Origin: Myxococcota bacterium
GTDB lineage: Bacteria; Myxococcota; UBA4151
DNA length: 12,165 bases
Assembly (NCBI GenBank): GCA_040260805.1
Contig: JBDQPD010000106.1
Location: 1-12,165, forward strand
Direction: 5' to 3'
Under the pieces are notes generated by a model, which made no database searches, had not been told where the DNA came from, and saw only the letters and a program-made list of their open reading frames with translations. Made by a program: the position numbers and the translations under genes. Below, in pieces: positions 1-7,458 of the stretch. Every line of letters begins with the position of its first letter. The stretch's first letter is position 1.

Positions 1-550
1 GAGCAGCATCGTCATCATAGGGAAGCACGCTGGTATCCGCCGCGACGGCTTCGGGGACGCCGGCAGAATTTGCCAAGCCGCTCGTCGCCAAGCCAGATCC
101 GGCTTTGACCAACATGCTGTCAAAGTGCCCGTGGTATCCACCGTCAAACTTGATGACCTTGCTGCGCATGCTGATCCCGCGTGCAAGGCGAATGGCGGTC
201 ATCACCGCCTCGGTGCCTGAGCTGGTGAAACGGACCTGGTCAGCCCAGTCAAAGCCCTTGAGAATCTGCTCGGCGAGGTCGGTCTCGCCGCGATGACACG
301 CGCCAAAACTCAACCCCTTGGAGGCAGCCTCTTGGACGGCTTGAACCACGGTAGGGTGGGCGTGACCTAGGATCAGTGGCCCCCAGCTCATGCACAGATC
401 GAGCAAGCGTTGCCCGGATTCTGTCTCGATGTACGCCCCCTCGCCGCTGCGAAAGAAAACAGGATCACCGGGGACCGAGCCGAAGGCTCGCACTGGGCTG
501 TGGACGCCGCCGGGTATGCACAATTTTGCGTTCTCAAAGAGCGAGTTCAT
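1..550 (-). CDS. hemL: Glutamate-1-semialdehyde 2,1-aminomutase, N-terminal 183 codons (truncated by window edge)
   Basis: Manual translation from ATG at 550, which overlaps the hemD stop as ATGA: MNSLFENAKLCIPGGVHSPVRAF...LDLCMSWGPLILGHAHP...VRFTSSGTEAVMTAIRLARG...KFDGGYHGHFDSMLVKAGSG. These are signature GSA-aminomutase motifs. The frame is open to the edge. Not in the ORF track. Confidence 0.97.
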   Translation of the reverse strand, partial: MNSLFENAKLCIPGGVHSPVRAFGSVPGDPVFFRSGEGAYIETESGQRLLDLCMSWGPLILGHAHPTVVQAVQEAASKGLSFGACHRGETDLAEQILKGFDWADQVRFTSSGTEAVMTAIRLARGISMRSKVIKFDGGYHGHFDSMLVKAGSGLATSGLANSAGVPEAVAADTSVLPYDDDAA

Positions 551-1227
551 AGATTCTCCAGCGCCAGGATCAGATCCTCGATACCTGGGCTTTTAGCTTG
601 GATTATACGCCTACAGTCACCGCACTGTAGAGCTTGCGCTGTTGTCTTACCGATCGCCACCGAGGCGACCATCTTGAGCCAAGGGTTGGCTTGCAGGTGG
701 CGCTGAGCAGCGCTTGGGCTGTGATAGATAGCGGCGTGTAATTCGATGGGTGCACGGGCGAGTCCGCTCGGGCACCGATTCTCGTACACCATGAGCGATT
801 CGACCTCATGACCAAGGGCCTTTAGCGCATCGCTTAACTCGTCGCGTGTTTGGTCGCCATGGAGTATAGTGACTCGAGCTTTGGGGTGGTTTAGGTGGAT
901 GCTTTGAGCGAGATCCGCAGCGTACAGTCCCAGGCTAATTTGGGCAGTCAGACCAGACTTTAAAGCGGCTGCAGTGCGCTTGCCTTGAGCATAGACGATC
1001 GACCCTTTGGGAGCCTCAGCTTGGTTGAGGAAACGAGCCGCAGAGGGGCTCGGAAGCGCAATGATCTCTGCGGCGCTGATCGCATCGTCCAAGGGCTGAT
1101 TCAAAGGTTGAAATACGATGTCAATTGACGGTATTATTAGTGGTTTATAGCCTGTTTCTTCAAGCTTTTTGGATAGCGCTTCAGCGTCGGATCGCTGGCG
1201 GCTGATCAGTACCCTGCGCTGCGTCAT
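547..1227 (-). CDS. hemD: Uroporphyrinogen-III synthase (stand-alone, divergent)
   Basis: 226 aa with HemD-like motifs RVLISR, SPSAA (twice), GKRTAAAL, VYEN and AIGKTTAQAL. Lies between hemC and hemL with ATGA overlaps on both sides. Confidence 0.9.
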   Translation of the reverse strand: MTQRRVLISRQRSDAEALSKKLEETGYKPLIIPSIDIVFQPLNQPLDDAISAAEIIALPSPSAARFLNQAEAPKGSIVYAQGKRTAAALKSGLTAQISLGLYAADLAQSIHLNHPKARVTILHGDQTRDELSDALKALGHEVESLMVYENRCPSGLARAPIELHAAIYHSPSAAQRHLQANPWLKMVASVAIGKTTAQALQCGDCRRIIQAKSPGIEDLILALENL

Positions 1228-2126
1228 GACCAGGGTGTCGTCGTGACCGTCCTCAGCGGAACAGCGCGGGCGTGAAACTGATCGAGTGCGGCATCAACTT
1301 GGTTTGGATTTGCGTCGGGTAGCTGAATCGAGACGACACCGAAAGCGTCGTCGTTTTGGCGGGCGCCGATGGTCAGGTTCCAGCCCCCCTCAAGTCGCGT
1401 CGCATAGGCACCCATCGCGGCGTGGCAGCCGCCGCCGAAGCGATCGAGAACCGCTCGTTCAAGCACGACGGCTTGGTGGGTTTCATGATCGCTAATGGTG
1501 CCGAGTAAGGCAGCTGTTCGCTGATCATCGGCCCGACGCTCTAAACCCAGCGCCCCTTGACCTGGAGCGGGTACCCATTGCTCAGGGTTGAGTCGAACGA
1601 CGTCAAAGTCATTCAGATCCAATCCCAGGCGATGAATCCCAGCTTCTGCAAGAACAAGTGCGTCAGCATCACCGCGTCGAAGCTTGTCGAGTCGCGTCGG
1701 GACGTTACCCCGCAGCGGGACCGCACGAAGGTGGGGAAATGCTGCCTCGAGCATGGCAATCCGTCGAGCCGATGACGACCCGACGCGTCGCCCTTCGACG
1801 CTCAGGTCCTCGCCGCGACGCCAAATCAGGAGATCAGCGGCGGGGGCTCGAGCCGGAGCCGTGTTCACGACTAAGCCGGGTGGAGGCTGGACCGGGAGAT
1901 CTTTGAGGCTATGGACCGCAAGATCGACTTCACCCTCAAGAAGAGCCACCTCGAGCTCTTTGGTGAACAAGCCTTTCTCAAGATTACTTTGCAGCGGTAG
2001 ATCGACCAAGCGGTCGCCGCGCGTGCTGATAATTTTAAGCGCTCCGCAACCGAGCTGGTCACGGACCCAAGTGCTTTGGGTGCGCGCCAGCAAGCTTCCG
2101 CGTGTGCCGATTATCGGGTGGGTCAT
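1224..2126 (-). CDS. hemC: Hydroxymethylbilane synthase (porphobilinogen deaminase)
   Basis: 300 aa with IGTRGSLLA, TRGDR, KGLFTKELE, DLAVHSLKDLP, LRGNVPTRL, PAPGQGAL and the cofactor-binding Cys in GGGCH. Confidence 0.98.
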   Translation of the reverse strand: MTHPIIGTRGSLLARTQSTWVRDQLGCGALKIISTRGDRLVDLPLQSNLEKGLFTKELEVALLEGEVDLAVHSLKDLPVQPPPGLVVNTAPARAPAADLLIWRRGEDLSVEGRRVGSSSARRIAMLEAAFPHLRAVPLRGNVPTRLDKLRRGDADALVLAEAGIHRLGLDLNDFDVVRLNPEQWVPAPGQGALGLERRADDQRTAALLGTISDHETHQAVVLERAVLDRFGGGCHAAMGAYATRLEGGWNLTIGARQNDDAFGVVSIQLPDANPNQVDAALDQFHARAVPLRTVTTTPWS

Positions 2127-3118
2127 CAGCGCTCCAAGAGCTCAGGGGGGAGTTGAATCGCTTCGCCGATTACAGCGATCCAGTCTGCTCGCATTCCAAT
2201 ATCGTATCCAAAGGGCTGCGCGATCATCACATCGAGCGGTAACGCGAGAAAGATAATTCCGAGGTACTTGATCGAGAAGAAAAACATTTTCTTCCCCCAA
2301 GCCTCTTCATCGTCCTCACTCAGGGCTTGAATCGAGAGCTGGATGTAGCGAAGGCCCGCAAGGGTTGCCAGAATCAGAAACAAGGGACCCATACCGTTGA
2401 AGAAGGCAAAGAGCACCGAGGTGATTGAGAGCATGCAGACATAAAATAGATTCTGTCGTTTGGTCTCGGCGCGTCCACGGATCACAGGGAGCATGGGGAC
2501 TCCGACGCGGGTGTAATCGAGGTCGCGCCAGATCGCTAAGGCCCAGGTATGCGGGCATTGCCATAAGAAGACGATACCGAACAAAGCCCATCCTGCCGGG
2601 TCGAGACGCCCTGTAACGGCGGTCCAGCCCACGAGCGGAGGCAAGGCACCTGCGATGCCTCCAAGGAGCACATTGTGAATGCTGTTGCGCTTGAGGACCA
2701 TCGTATAGCCGACTGCGTAGAAGATCAGCCCAGCGAAGGTGGCGATAAAGCAAGCCCAGTTGATCCCTCCGTTGCGAGGGTCGGGGATTTGCGTCAACAA
2801 GACGCCTGCCGAGGCGGCCGCTAACATGATGGCAAAGACGGTCGCGTGTTTAGGGCTGATGCGACCTTGCGGGAGCGCCCGGTTCTGGGTGCGCTCCATT
2901 TGCGCATCGATGTCCCGATCAAAGACCATGTTCCAAGCCTGAGCCGCTCCCGTAGCGAGGGTTAAGCCTGCGATGGTCCAGAACATCAAACTCAGGTCGG
3001 GCTGACCTTTAGCCGCCACGAACATCGTGCACAGTGTCGTCAGCGCGAGCAGACGGCTCACGCCTGGTTTGGTCAGAGAATAGTAATCACGCCAAAGCGG
3101 AGGCGCCGAGTCTGCCAC
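2126..3118 (-). CDS. ctaB: Protoheme IX farnesyltransferase (heme O synthase), UbiA family
   Basis: 330 aa, multi-TM. Motifs LTKP, NMVFDRDIDAQMERTQNR, YTMVLKR, GGIAGALPPLVGW, WQCPHTWALA and GVPMLPV. GTG start preceded by GAGG. Confidence 0.96.
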   Translation of the reverse strand: MADSAPPLWRDYYSLTKPGVSRLLALTTLCTMFVAAKGQPDLSLMFWTIAGLTLATGAAQAWNMVFDRDIDAQMERTQNRALPQGRISPKHATVFAIMLAAASAGVLLTQIPDPRNGGINWACFIATFAGLIFYAVGYTMVLKRNSIHNVLLGGIAGALPPLVGWTAVTGRLDPAGWALFGIVFLWQCPHTWALAIWRDLDYTRVGVPMLPVIRGRAETKRQNLFYVCMLSITSVLFAFFNGMGPLFLILATLAGLRYIQLSIQALSEDDEEAWGKKMFFFSIKYLGIIFLALPLDVMIAQPFGYDIGMRADWIAVIGEAIQLPPELLER

Positions 3119-3141
3119 GGGAGCCTCTCTAGACGGAAACC

Positions 3142-3630
3142 TTACTTGGCTTCGGTCCCTTTCGCCTCGCCTTTGATGTCGGCATTTTCACTCGGCGGCA
3201 TGGACTCGGGAACTGTTTCGTCCTGACCGGGTAAAACCGGGTCGGGTAGTTTCGAGTTCAACCCAAGCTCAGTGAGCCCTGGGAGGAGAAAGTTCGCACC
3301 CTTATAAATCGTCAGACCAAAGGGTTTCGCAAAGCTCAACTCGTAAGCGATCGCCGCTTCCAGTGTCATCGATTTGGCAACCGAGGACATGGAGTTGTCC
3401 GGGGCAGGCGCAGCAGGAGAAGCCGCCGGCTTTGCCGTCGCTGTGTCGGCGGCTGCAGCCGCTGGCTTGGCAGAGGCTGCTGCGGGTTGAGCAGCCGGCT
3501 CAGCCGTATCTACTTTGGCGGCAGCAGGTTGTTGATCAGCCGCTGGCTTCGCAGCCGCTTTGTTTGCTGTTTGATCTCCCGCAAAGGTGCTTGACGAGAA
3601 GACCAGAAGGCTCAGTGCAACGAGGCGCAT
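3142..3630 (-). CDS. Hypothetical exported protein with Ala/Pro/Lys-rich low-complexity linker, in the actG position
   Basis: 162 aa. Strong RBS TAAGGAG overlapping the actF stop, 5 nt before ATG. Sec-type signal MRLVALSLLVFSSSTFA|GDQ. Fills the gap between actF and ctaB exactly. No recognised family. Confidence 0.85.
   Translation of the reverse strand: MRLVALSLLVFSSSTFAGDQTANKAAAKPAADQQPAAAKVDTAEPAAQPAAASAKPAAAAADTATAKPAASPAAPAPDNSMSSVAKSMTLEAAIAYELSFAKPFGLTIYKGANFLLPGLTELGLNSKLPDPVLPGQDETVPESMPPSENADIKGEAKGTEAK
3400..3570 (-). repeat. Coding low-complexity xPAA repeats (7 copies of PAA)
   Basis: Residues 21-77: KPAA, QPAAA, EPAA, QPAAA, KPAAAAA, KPAA, SPAA. A 13-bp exact DNA repeat cagccgctggctt occurs at 3456..3468 and 3537..3549. 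Confidence 0.8.
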
Positions 3631-3639
3631 GAGAGCTCC

Positions 3640-4854
3640 TTAGACCTGATGGTGGTGCATGCATTCATGCAACCGAGGGTCTTTGATCGGGATGATATTT
3701 TGCGCCGTGAGCGCTTTGCCTGCGACCAGCAAGAAGGCTCCGAAGAAACCCAAGATCATACTCCATTCAATGAACGGAATACCAGGCCCTGGATGGGCGG
3801 AGCCGTAACGAGCAGCGGGAGCGATCACCCACCACATCTCATACGCTTGAAACACGATGATCCACATGCAGATGTACTTGAGTCCAGTACCCATCCGTTT
3901 GATACCGTGCCGCAGCAGGATCGCGAAGGGGATGATGAACTTACAGGCAGGAATCCACAACGAGTGGAGCAACCAGCCGTCTTGAGCGCGGTGCATGAAG
4001 AAGGTCGCCTCTTCAGGAAGGTTTGCGTACCAGATCAAGAGGAACTGACTAAATGCGATGTAGGCGTAAAACACGGTGAAGGCGAAGGTGAACTTAGCGG
4101 CATCGTGAACGTGATTCTCGTTCAGCCATGTCTTTGAGACACGGTTCGTTTCAATCAACCACACCGCCACCAAACAAACCAGGGCGCAGCATGCCTGCCA
4201 GTGACCAGCGAACATATACACGCCCCACATGGTCGAGAACCAAGTCGGCTGTAAGCTCATGACAAAATCGACAGCGAGGGCTGAGTAGCCCAGCGCAAAG
4301 ACGATCAGGAATGGGCCCGCCATGCCTTGCTGCCGCCAGGTGTGCTCGGTGTCGCCGTCCTGATCTTGGGCGTAGGAGTGGTTGACCATCTTACGGGTCA
4401 GAAACACCAGCAGCGCCATGACGACGACATAGGTGATCAAGAAGCGTGGGATGTTGAGCCACCAGAGCTTGGACTCGATGACCGCCGCATGAGCCCCGTG
4501 TGGGTGCAGCCAGTGCTCAAATACGCCATGGGGCACAAACAGGAAGGCAACGCCTCCCAGGCCCAGCACCGCAGCGTAGGGAAGCCAGCGTGTCATCGCC
4601 TCTGGGATGCGCCGAATCGTGACGTTCCAGTGGGCAGTGGTTGCGTAGCCTACCGCCAGAAAGAAGCCGGCAAGAAGTGCCAAGCTAAAGGTGAACCAGA
4701 AGCCGGCTAGATATCCGGTCTGGAAGGCGATGAAATCTGTTGCGATGCCGACAATGGCGCCAACGACGCCGATGCCCATAAACGCAAAGCAGAGCGACTT
4801 GTGCCACGAGGGCATTTCGACGCGTGCTGGAATTTCAAGTTGCTCGTGTGCCAT
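3640..4854 (-). CDS. actF: Alternative complex III membrane subunit F
   Basis: 404 aa, about 10 TM segments. ActF-like motifs W..TIRRIPEA, K.WWLN..RF, DFVMSLQPTWFSTMWG, HDAAKF, FYAYIAFSQFLLIWYANLPEE and PIKDPRL. Follows actE. RBS AGGAG overlaps the actE stop. Confidence 0.93.
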   Translation of the reverse strand: MAHEQLEIPARVEMPSWHKSLCFAFMGIGVVGAIVGIATDFIAFQTGYLAGFWFTFSLALLAGFFLAVGYATTAHWNVTIRRIPEAMTRWLPYAAVLGLGGVAFLFVPHGVFEHWLHPHGAHAAVIESKLWWLNIPRFLITYVVVMALLVFLTRKMVNHSYAQDQDGDTEHTWRQQGMAGPFLIVFALGYSALAVDFVMSLQPTWFSTMWGVYMFAGHWQACCALVCLVAVWLIETNRVSKTWLNENHVHDAAKFTFAFTVFYAYIAFSQFLLIWYANLPEEATFFMHRAQDGWLLHSLWIPACKFIIPFAILLRHGIKRMGTGLKYICMWIIVFQAYEMWWVIAPAARYGSAHPGPGIPFIEWSMILGFFGAFLLVAGKALTAQNIIPIKDPRLHECMHHHQV

Positions 4855-4866
4855 ATGCTCGAGCTC

Positions 4867-5454
4867 CTATTCAGCCGCGGACGGTGGGTTTTGCACCGTG
4901 CCGAGGGTTCGCACGTAGTGGACAACAGCCCATCGCTCGAGCGGTTCGAGTTGTCCGGCGTAACTGCCCATTACGATGTTCCCTTGGGTAATCACGTGAA
5001 AGATTTCTCCCGGACGGTTCTTGCTGAGCGCATAGACTCTAGCGTCCGTCAGGTTATTACCGGGTGTGACCCCTCGATCGGTCGCCGCGCTGCGCGACTT
5101 CGACATGGGGCCCAAACCGTCTAAACCATGGCAGGTCGCGCAGTACGTGTTGTACATCGTCTGACCGACCTCAAGATTCTCAGCGGTCAGGGGCAGGGGG
5201 TTCTTCAAAAGATCTCCAGCCTCTGCACGCCCTTCCGGAGATTTGGGAAATGGATACTCCGTCTGGCCAGTATGGATCGAACCGGGGGGCGGCAAAAGAC
5301 GCCCTTTTTCTTGGGCTTCCGTGGCCGTGCTGTCGTCCATGTCCAGTCGATTAAACGAGACGAACGGTTTGTCGCCAGCGGGGTAGCCAATCTCGATATT
5401 GCAGCCTGACACGACCATCGTCATCGTCAGGAGGTTGAGTGCGAGGTACTTCAT
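4867..5454 (-). CDS. actE: Alternative complex III subunit E, monoheme cytochrome c lipoprotein
   Basis: 195 aa. Lipobox VSG|C18, a single CATCH heme motif, NPLP..GQ.MY..YC, IFHVITQG..MGSY (candidate distal Met) and ERWAVVHYVRTL. Confidence 0.93.
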   Translation of the reverse strand: MKYLALNLLTMTMVVSGCNIEIGYPAGDKPFVSFNRLDMDDSTATEAQEKGRLLPPPGSIHTGQTEYPFPKSPEGRAEAGDLLKNPLPLTAENLEVGQTMYNTYCATCHGLDGLGPMSKSRSAATDRGVTPGNNLTDARVYALSKNRPGEIFHVITQGNIVMGSYAGQLEPLERWAVVHYVRTLGTVQNPPSAAE

Positions 5455-5978
5455 TCGGAGTCCTCCCGATGCTCGAGAACCTCATCGGCCCCAAGCTCCT
5501 GGATGAACTGTTTGACCTCGTCAGGGTCAAAGCCCTCATTGTCAGCGCCGATCCACAGACCGAAGCGATCGTCGGTGAAGCGCTTGTCGATGATGGTGGG
5601 TTTAAGGTTTGGCATACCTTGGCTTAGGAAGACGCCAAAGAAGGTCGACAAACCACCGAACAGAACGGAGAGCTCGAACATGATCGGGACAAAGTCCGGA
5701 AACGCTATGAACGGGCGGCCGCCAAAGTTCATCGGCCAGTTAAAGCCCATGATGGTCACCTGAAGCGTCACCGCAGTGGTTAGACCGATCATCGCAAAGG
5801 TGAGCGTAACCCATGGCAACCATGAGCGGCTTAAGCCCATCGCTGGGTCGAGACCGTGCACTGGATAAGGCGTAAAGCAGTCCCAGCTCTCATAGTTCCG
5901 CTCTGTCGTCTTGCTCGCTGCGTGGATCAGGTCATCCGGGTGACGAAAGACACCGTATATTCCTCTAAGTTCAGACAT
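5451..5978 (-). CDS. actD: Alternative complex III subunit D (DUF3341)
   Basis: 175 aa with DCFTPYPVHGLDPAMG, WPMNFGGRP, FVPIMFELSVL and RFTDDRF, plus two TM helices. Lies between actC and actE. Confidence 0.95.
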   Translation of the reverse strand: MSELRGIYGVFRHPDDLIHAASKTTERNYESWDCFTPYPVHGLDPAMGLSRSWLPWVTLTFAMIGLTTAVTLQVTIMGFNWPMNFGGRPFIAFPDFVPIMFELSVLFGGLSTFFGVFLSQGMPNLKPTIIDKRFTDDRFGLWIGADNEGFDPDEVKQFIQELGADEVLEHREDSE

Positions 5979-7420
5979 CAGTGCGCTCCTTGCGGATGCT
6001 GGGCGGCAACACCTGCGCCGTCATCTGGGTTGTGCACACTCTTGACCTCGGCGATCGCTACCGTCGGGAACGTTCTGCAGTACAGGAGGAAGAACATGAA
6101 GAACCAGCCAAAGGAGCCGATCGTCAGTCCCCAATCGAACGGGCTCATGACGTACAAGCCCCAGTTCTGTGGCAGGAAGTCCTGCGTGAGCGAGGTGACG
6201 ATAATCACGTAACGTTCAAACCACATACCGACATTCACCAGCAGTGAGACCACGAACATGACCGGGATACTGCGTCGCATCTTCTTGAACCAGAAGATCT
6301 GCGGCACGAAGGCGTTGCAGCTGAACATGATCCAGTAAGCCCACCAATACGTACCAAAGGCGCGATTTCGGAAGATGAAGCCTTCCCAGTGGGAGCCTGA
6401 GTAAGCCGCCATGAAGAACTCAGTTGAGTACGCGAACCCCACGATCATACCAGTAGCCAGCAAGATCTTATTGGTCGCCTCTAGATGGTTCATCGTGATG
6501 TAGTCTTCGAGCTTCAGCCAGGATCTCATCGGAATGAGAAGGGTGAGCGTCATACCAAAGCCTGAGAAGATCGCACCCACCACAAAATAGGGTGGGAAGA
6601 TGGTGGCGTGCCAGCCCGGAACAATCGAGGTCGCAAAGTCGAAGGACACGATCGTGTGAACCGAGAGCACCAGCGGTGTCGCCAAGCCCGACAGGATGAG
6701 ACAAGCGATTTCCCAGTGACGCCAGGCTCGATTCGAGCCGGTCCAGCCCAAGCTCAACAGACCGTAGATCTTTTTGCGAAGCGGATGGATGGCGCGGTCG
6801 CGAACGGTCGCGAAGTCAGGCACCAAACCCATATACCAAAAGAAGATCGAGATCGTGGCGTAGGTCGAGATCGCAAAGATGTCCCAGACCAGGGGTGAGT
6901 TAAAGTTCGGCCACAAGTAGCGATGGTTCGGATACGGAAGCATCCAATACACGAACCAGGCGCGACCAACGTGGACCGCTGGAAAAACACCTGCGGTCAT
7001 CACCGCAAAGATGGTCATCGCTTCAGCCGAGCGATTGACCCCAGTGCGCCACTTCTGCCGGAAGAGGAACAAGACGGCAGAGATCAACGTCCCTGCGTGC
7101 CCGATACCAATCCAGAACACGAAGTTGACGATGTGCACACCCCAACCGGTGGGGTGATTCACACCGTGCATACCCATGCCGGTGAAGAGGGTGCCTGAGA
7201 CGATAACGCTCCCGAAGATCGCTGCGCCGAGCAGCGCAAATCCGAAAGCAATAATCCAAGGCAACGAGGGCATGCGCTCTAAAGGCGCACAGACATCCTC
7301 GGTGATTTGATGAAAGGTTCGCCCATTGAGAACTAGGGGTTCACGATCCCAGCGAGGACCGCCGAGAGGACCCTTTTTCTCGTTCAGTACGGGCGTTCCG
7401 TAGACTTGTTCAACTGCCAT
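5978..7420 (-). CDS. actC: Alternative complex III quinol-binding membrane subunit C (NrfD/PsrC family)
   Basis: 480 aa with [67 protein letters not shown] and [20 protein letters not shown], matching ActC signatures including the His/Asp candidates of the quinol site. Confidence 0.96.
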   Translation of the reverse strand: MAVEQVYGTPVLNEKKGPLGGPRWDREPLVLNGRTFHQITEDVCAPLERMPSLPWIIAFGFALLGAAIFGSVIVSGTLFTGMGMHGVNHPTGWGVHIVNFVFWIGIGHAGTLISAVLFLFRQKWRTGVNRSAEAMTIFAVMTAGVFPAVHVGRAWFVYWMLPYPNHRYLWPNFNSPLVWDIFAISTYATISIFFWYMGLVPDFATVRDRAIHPLRKKIYGLLSLGWTGSNRAWRHWEIACLILSGLATPLVLSVHTIVSFDFATSIVPGWHATIFPPYFVVGAIFSGFGMTLTLLIPMRSWLKLEDYITMNHLEATNKILLATGMIVGFAYSTEFFMAAYSGSHWEGFIFRNRAFGTYWWAYWIMFSCNAFVPQIFWFKKMRRSIPVMFVVSLLVNVGMWFERYVIIVTSLTQDFLPQNWGLYVMSPFDWGLTIGSFGWFFMFFLLYCRTFPTVAIAEVKSVHNPDDGAGVAAQHPQGAH

Positions 7421-7458
7421 CGAGCTGCTCGCGTCCTAAAGGTTCTGTAGAGCCACCG

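Noticed and set aside
105..706. Short plus-strand ORFs 105..296, 390..596 and 410..706
   Set aside because: They lie opposite hemL and hemD.
547..1227. hemD looks somewhat more AT-rich, suggesting horizontal acquisition
   Set aside because: This is a visual impression only and was not computed. HemD evolves fast, the gene overlaps both neighbours, and there are no mobility signatures.
3400..3570. CRISPR-like or mobile repeat
   Set aside because: The repeats are short, irregular, in frame and explained by Pro-Ala-Ala codons.
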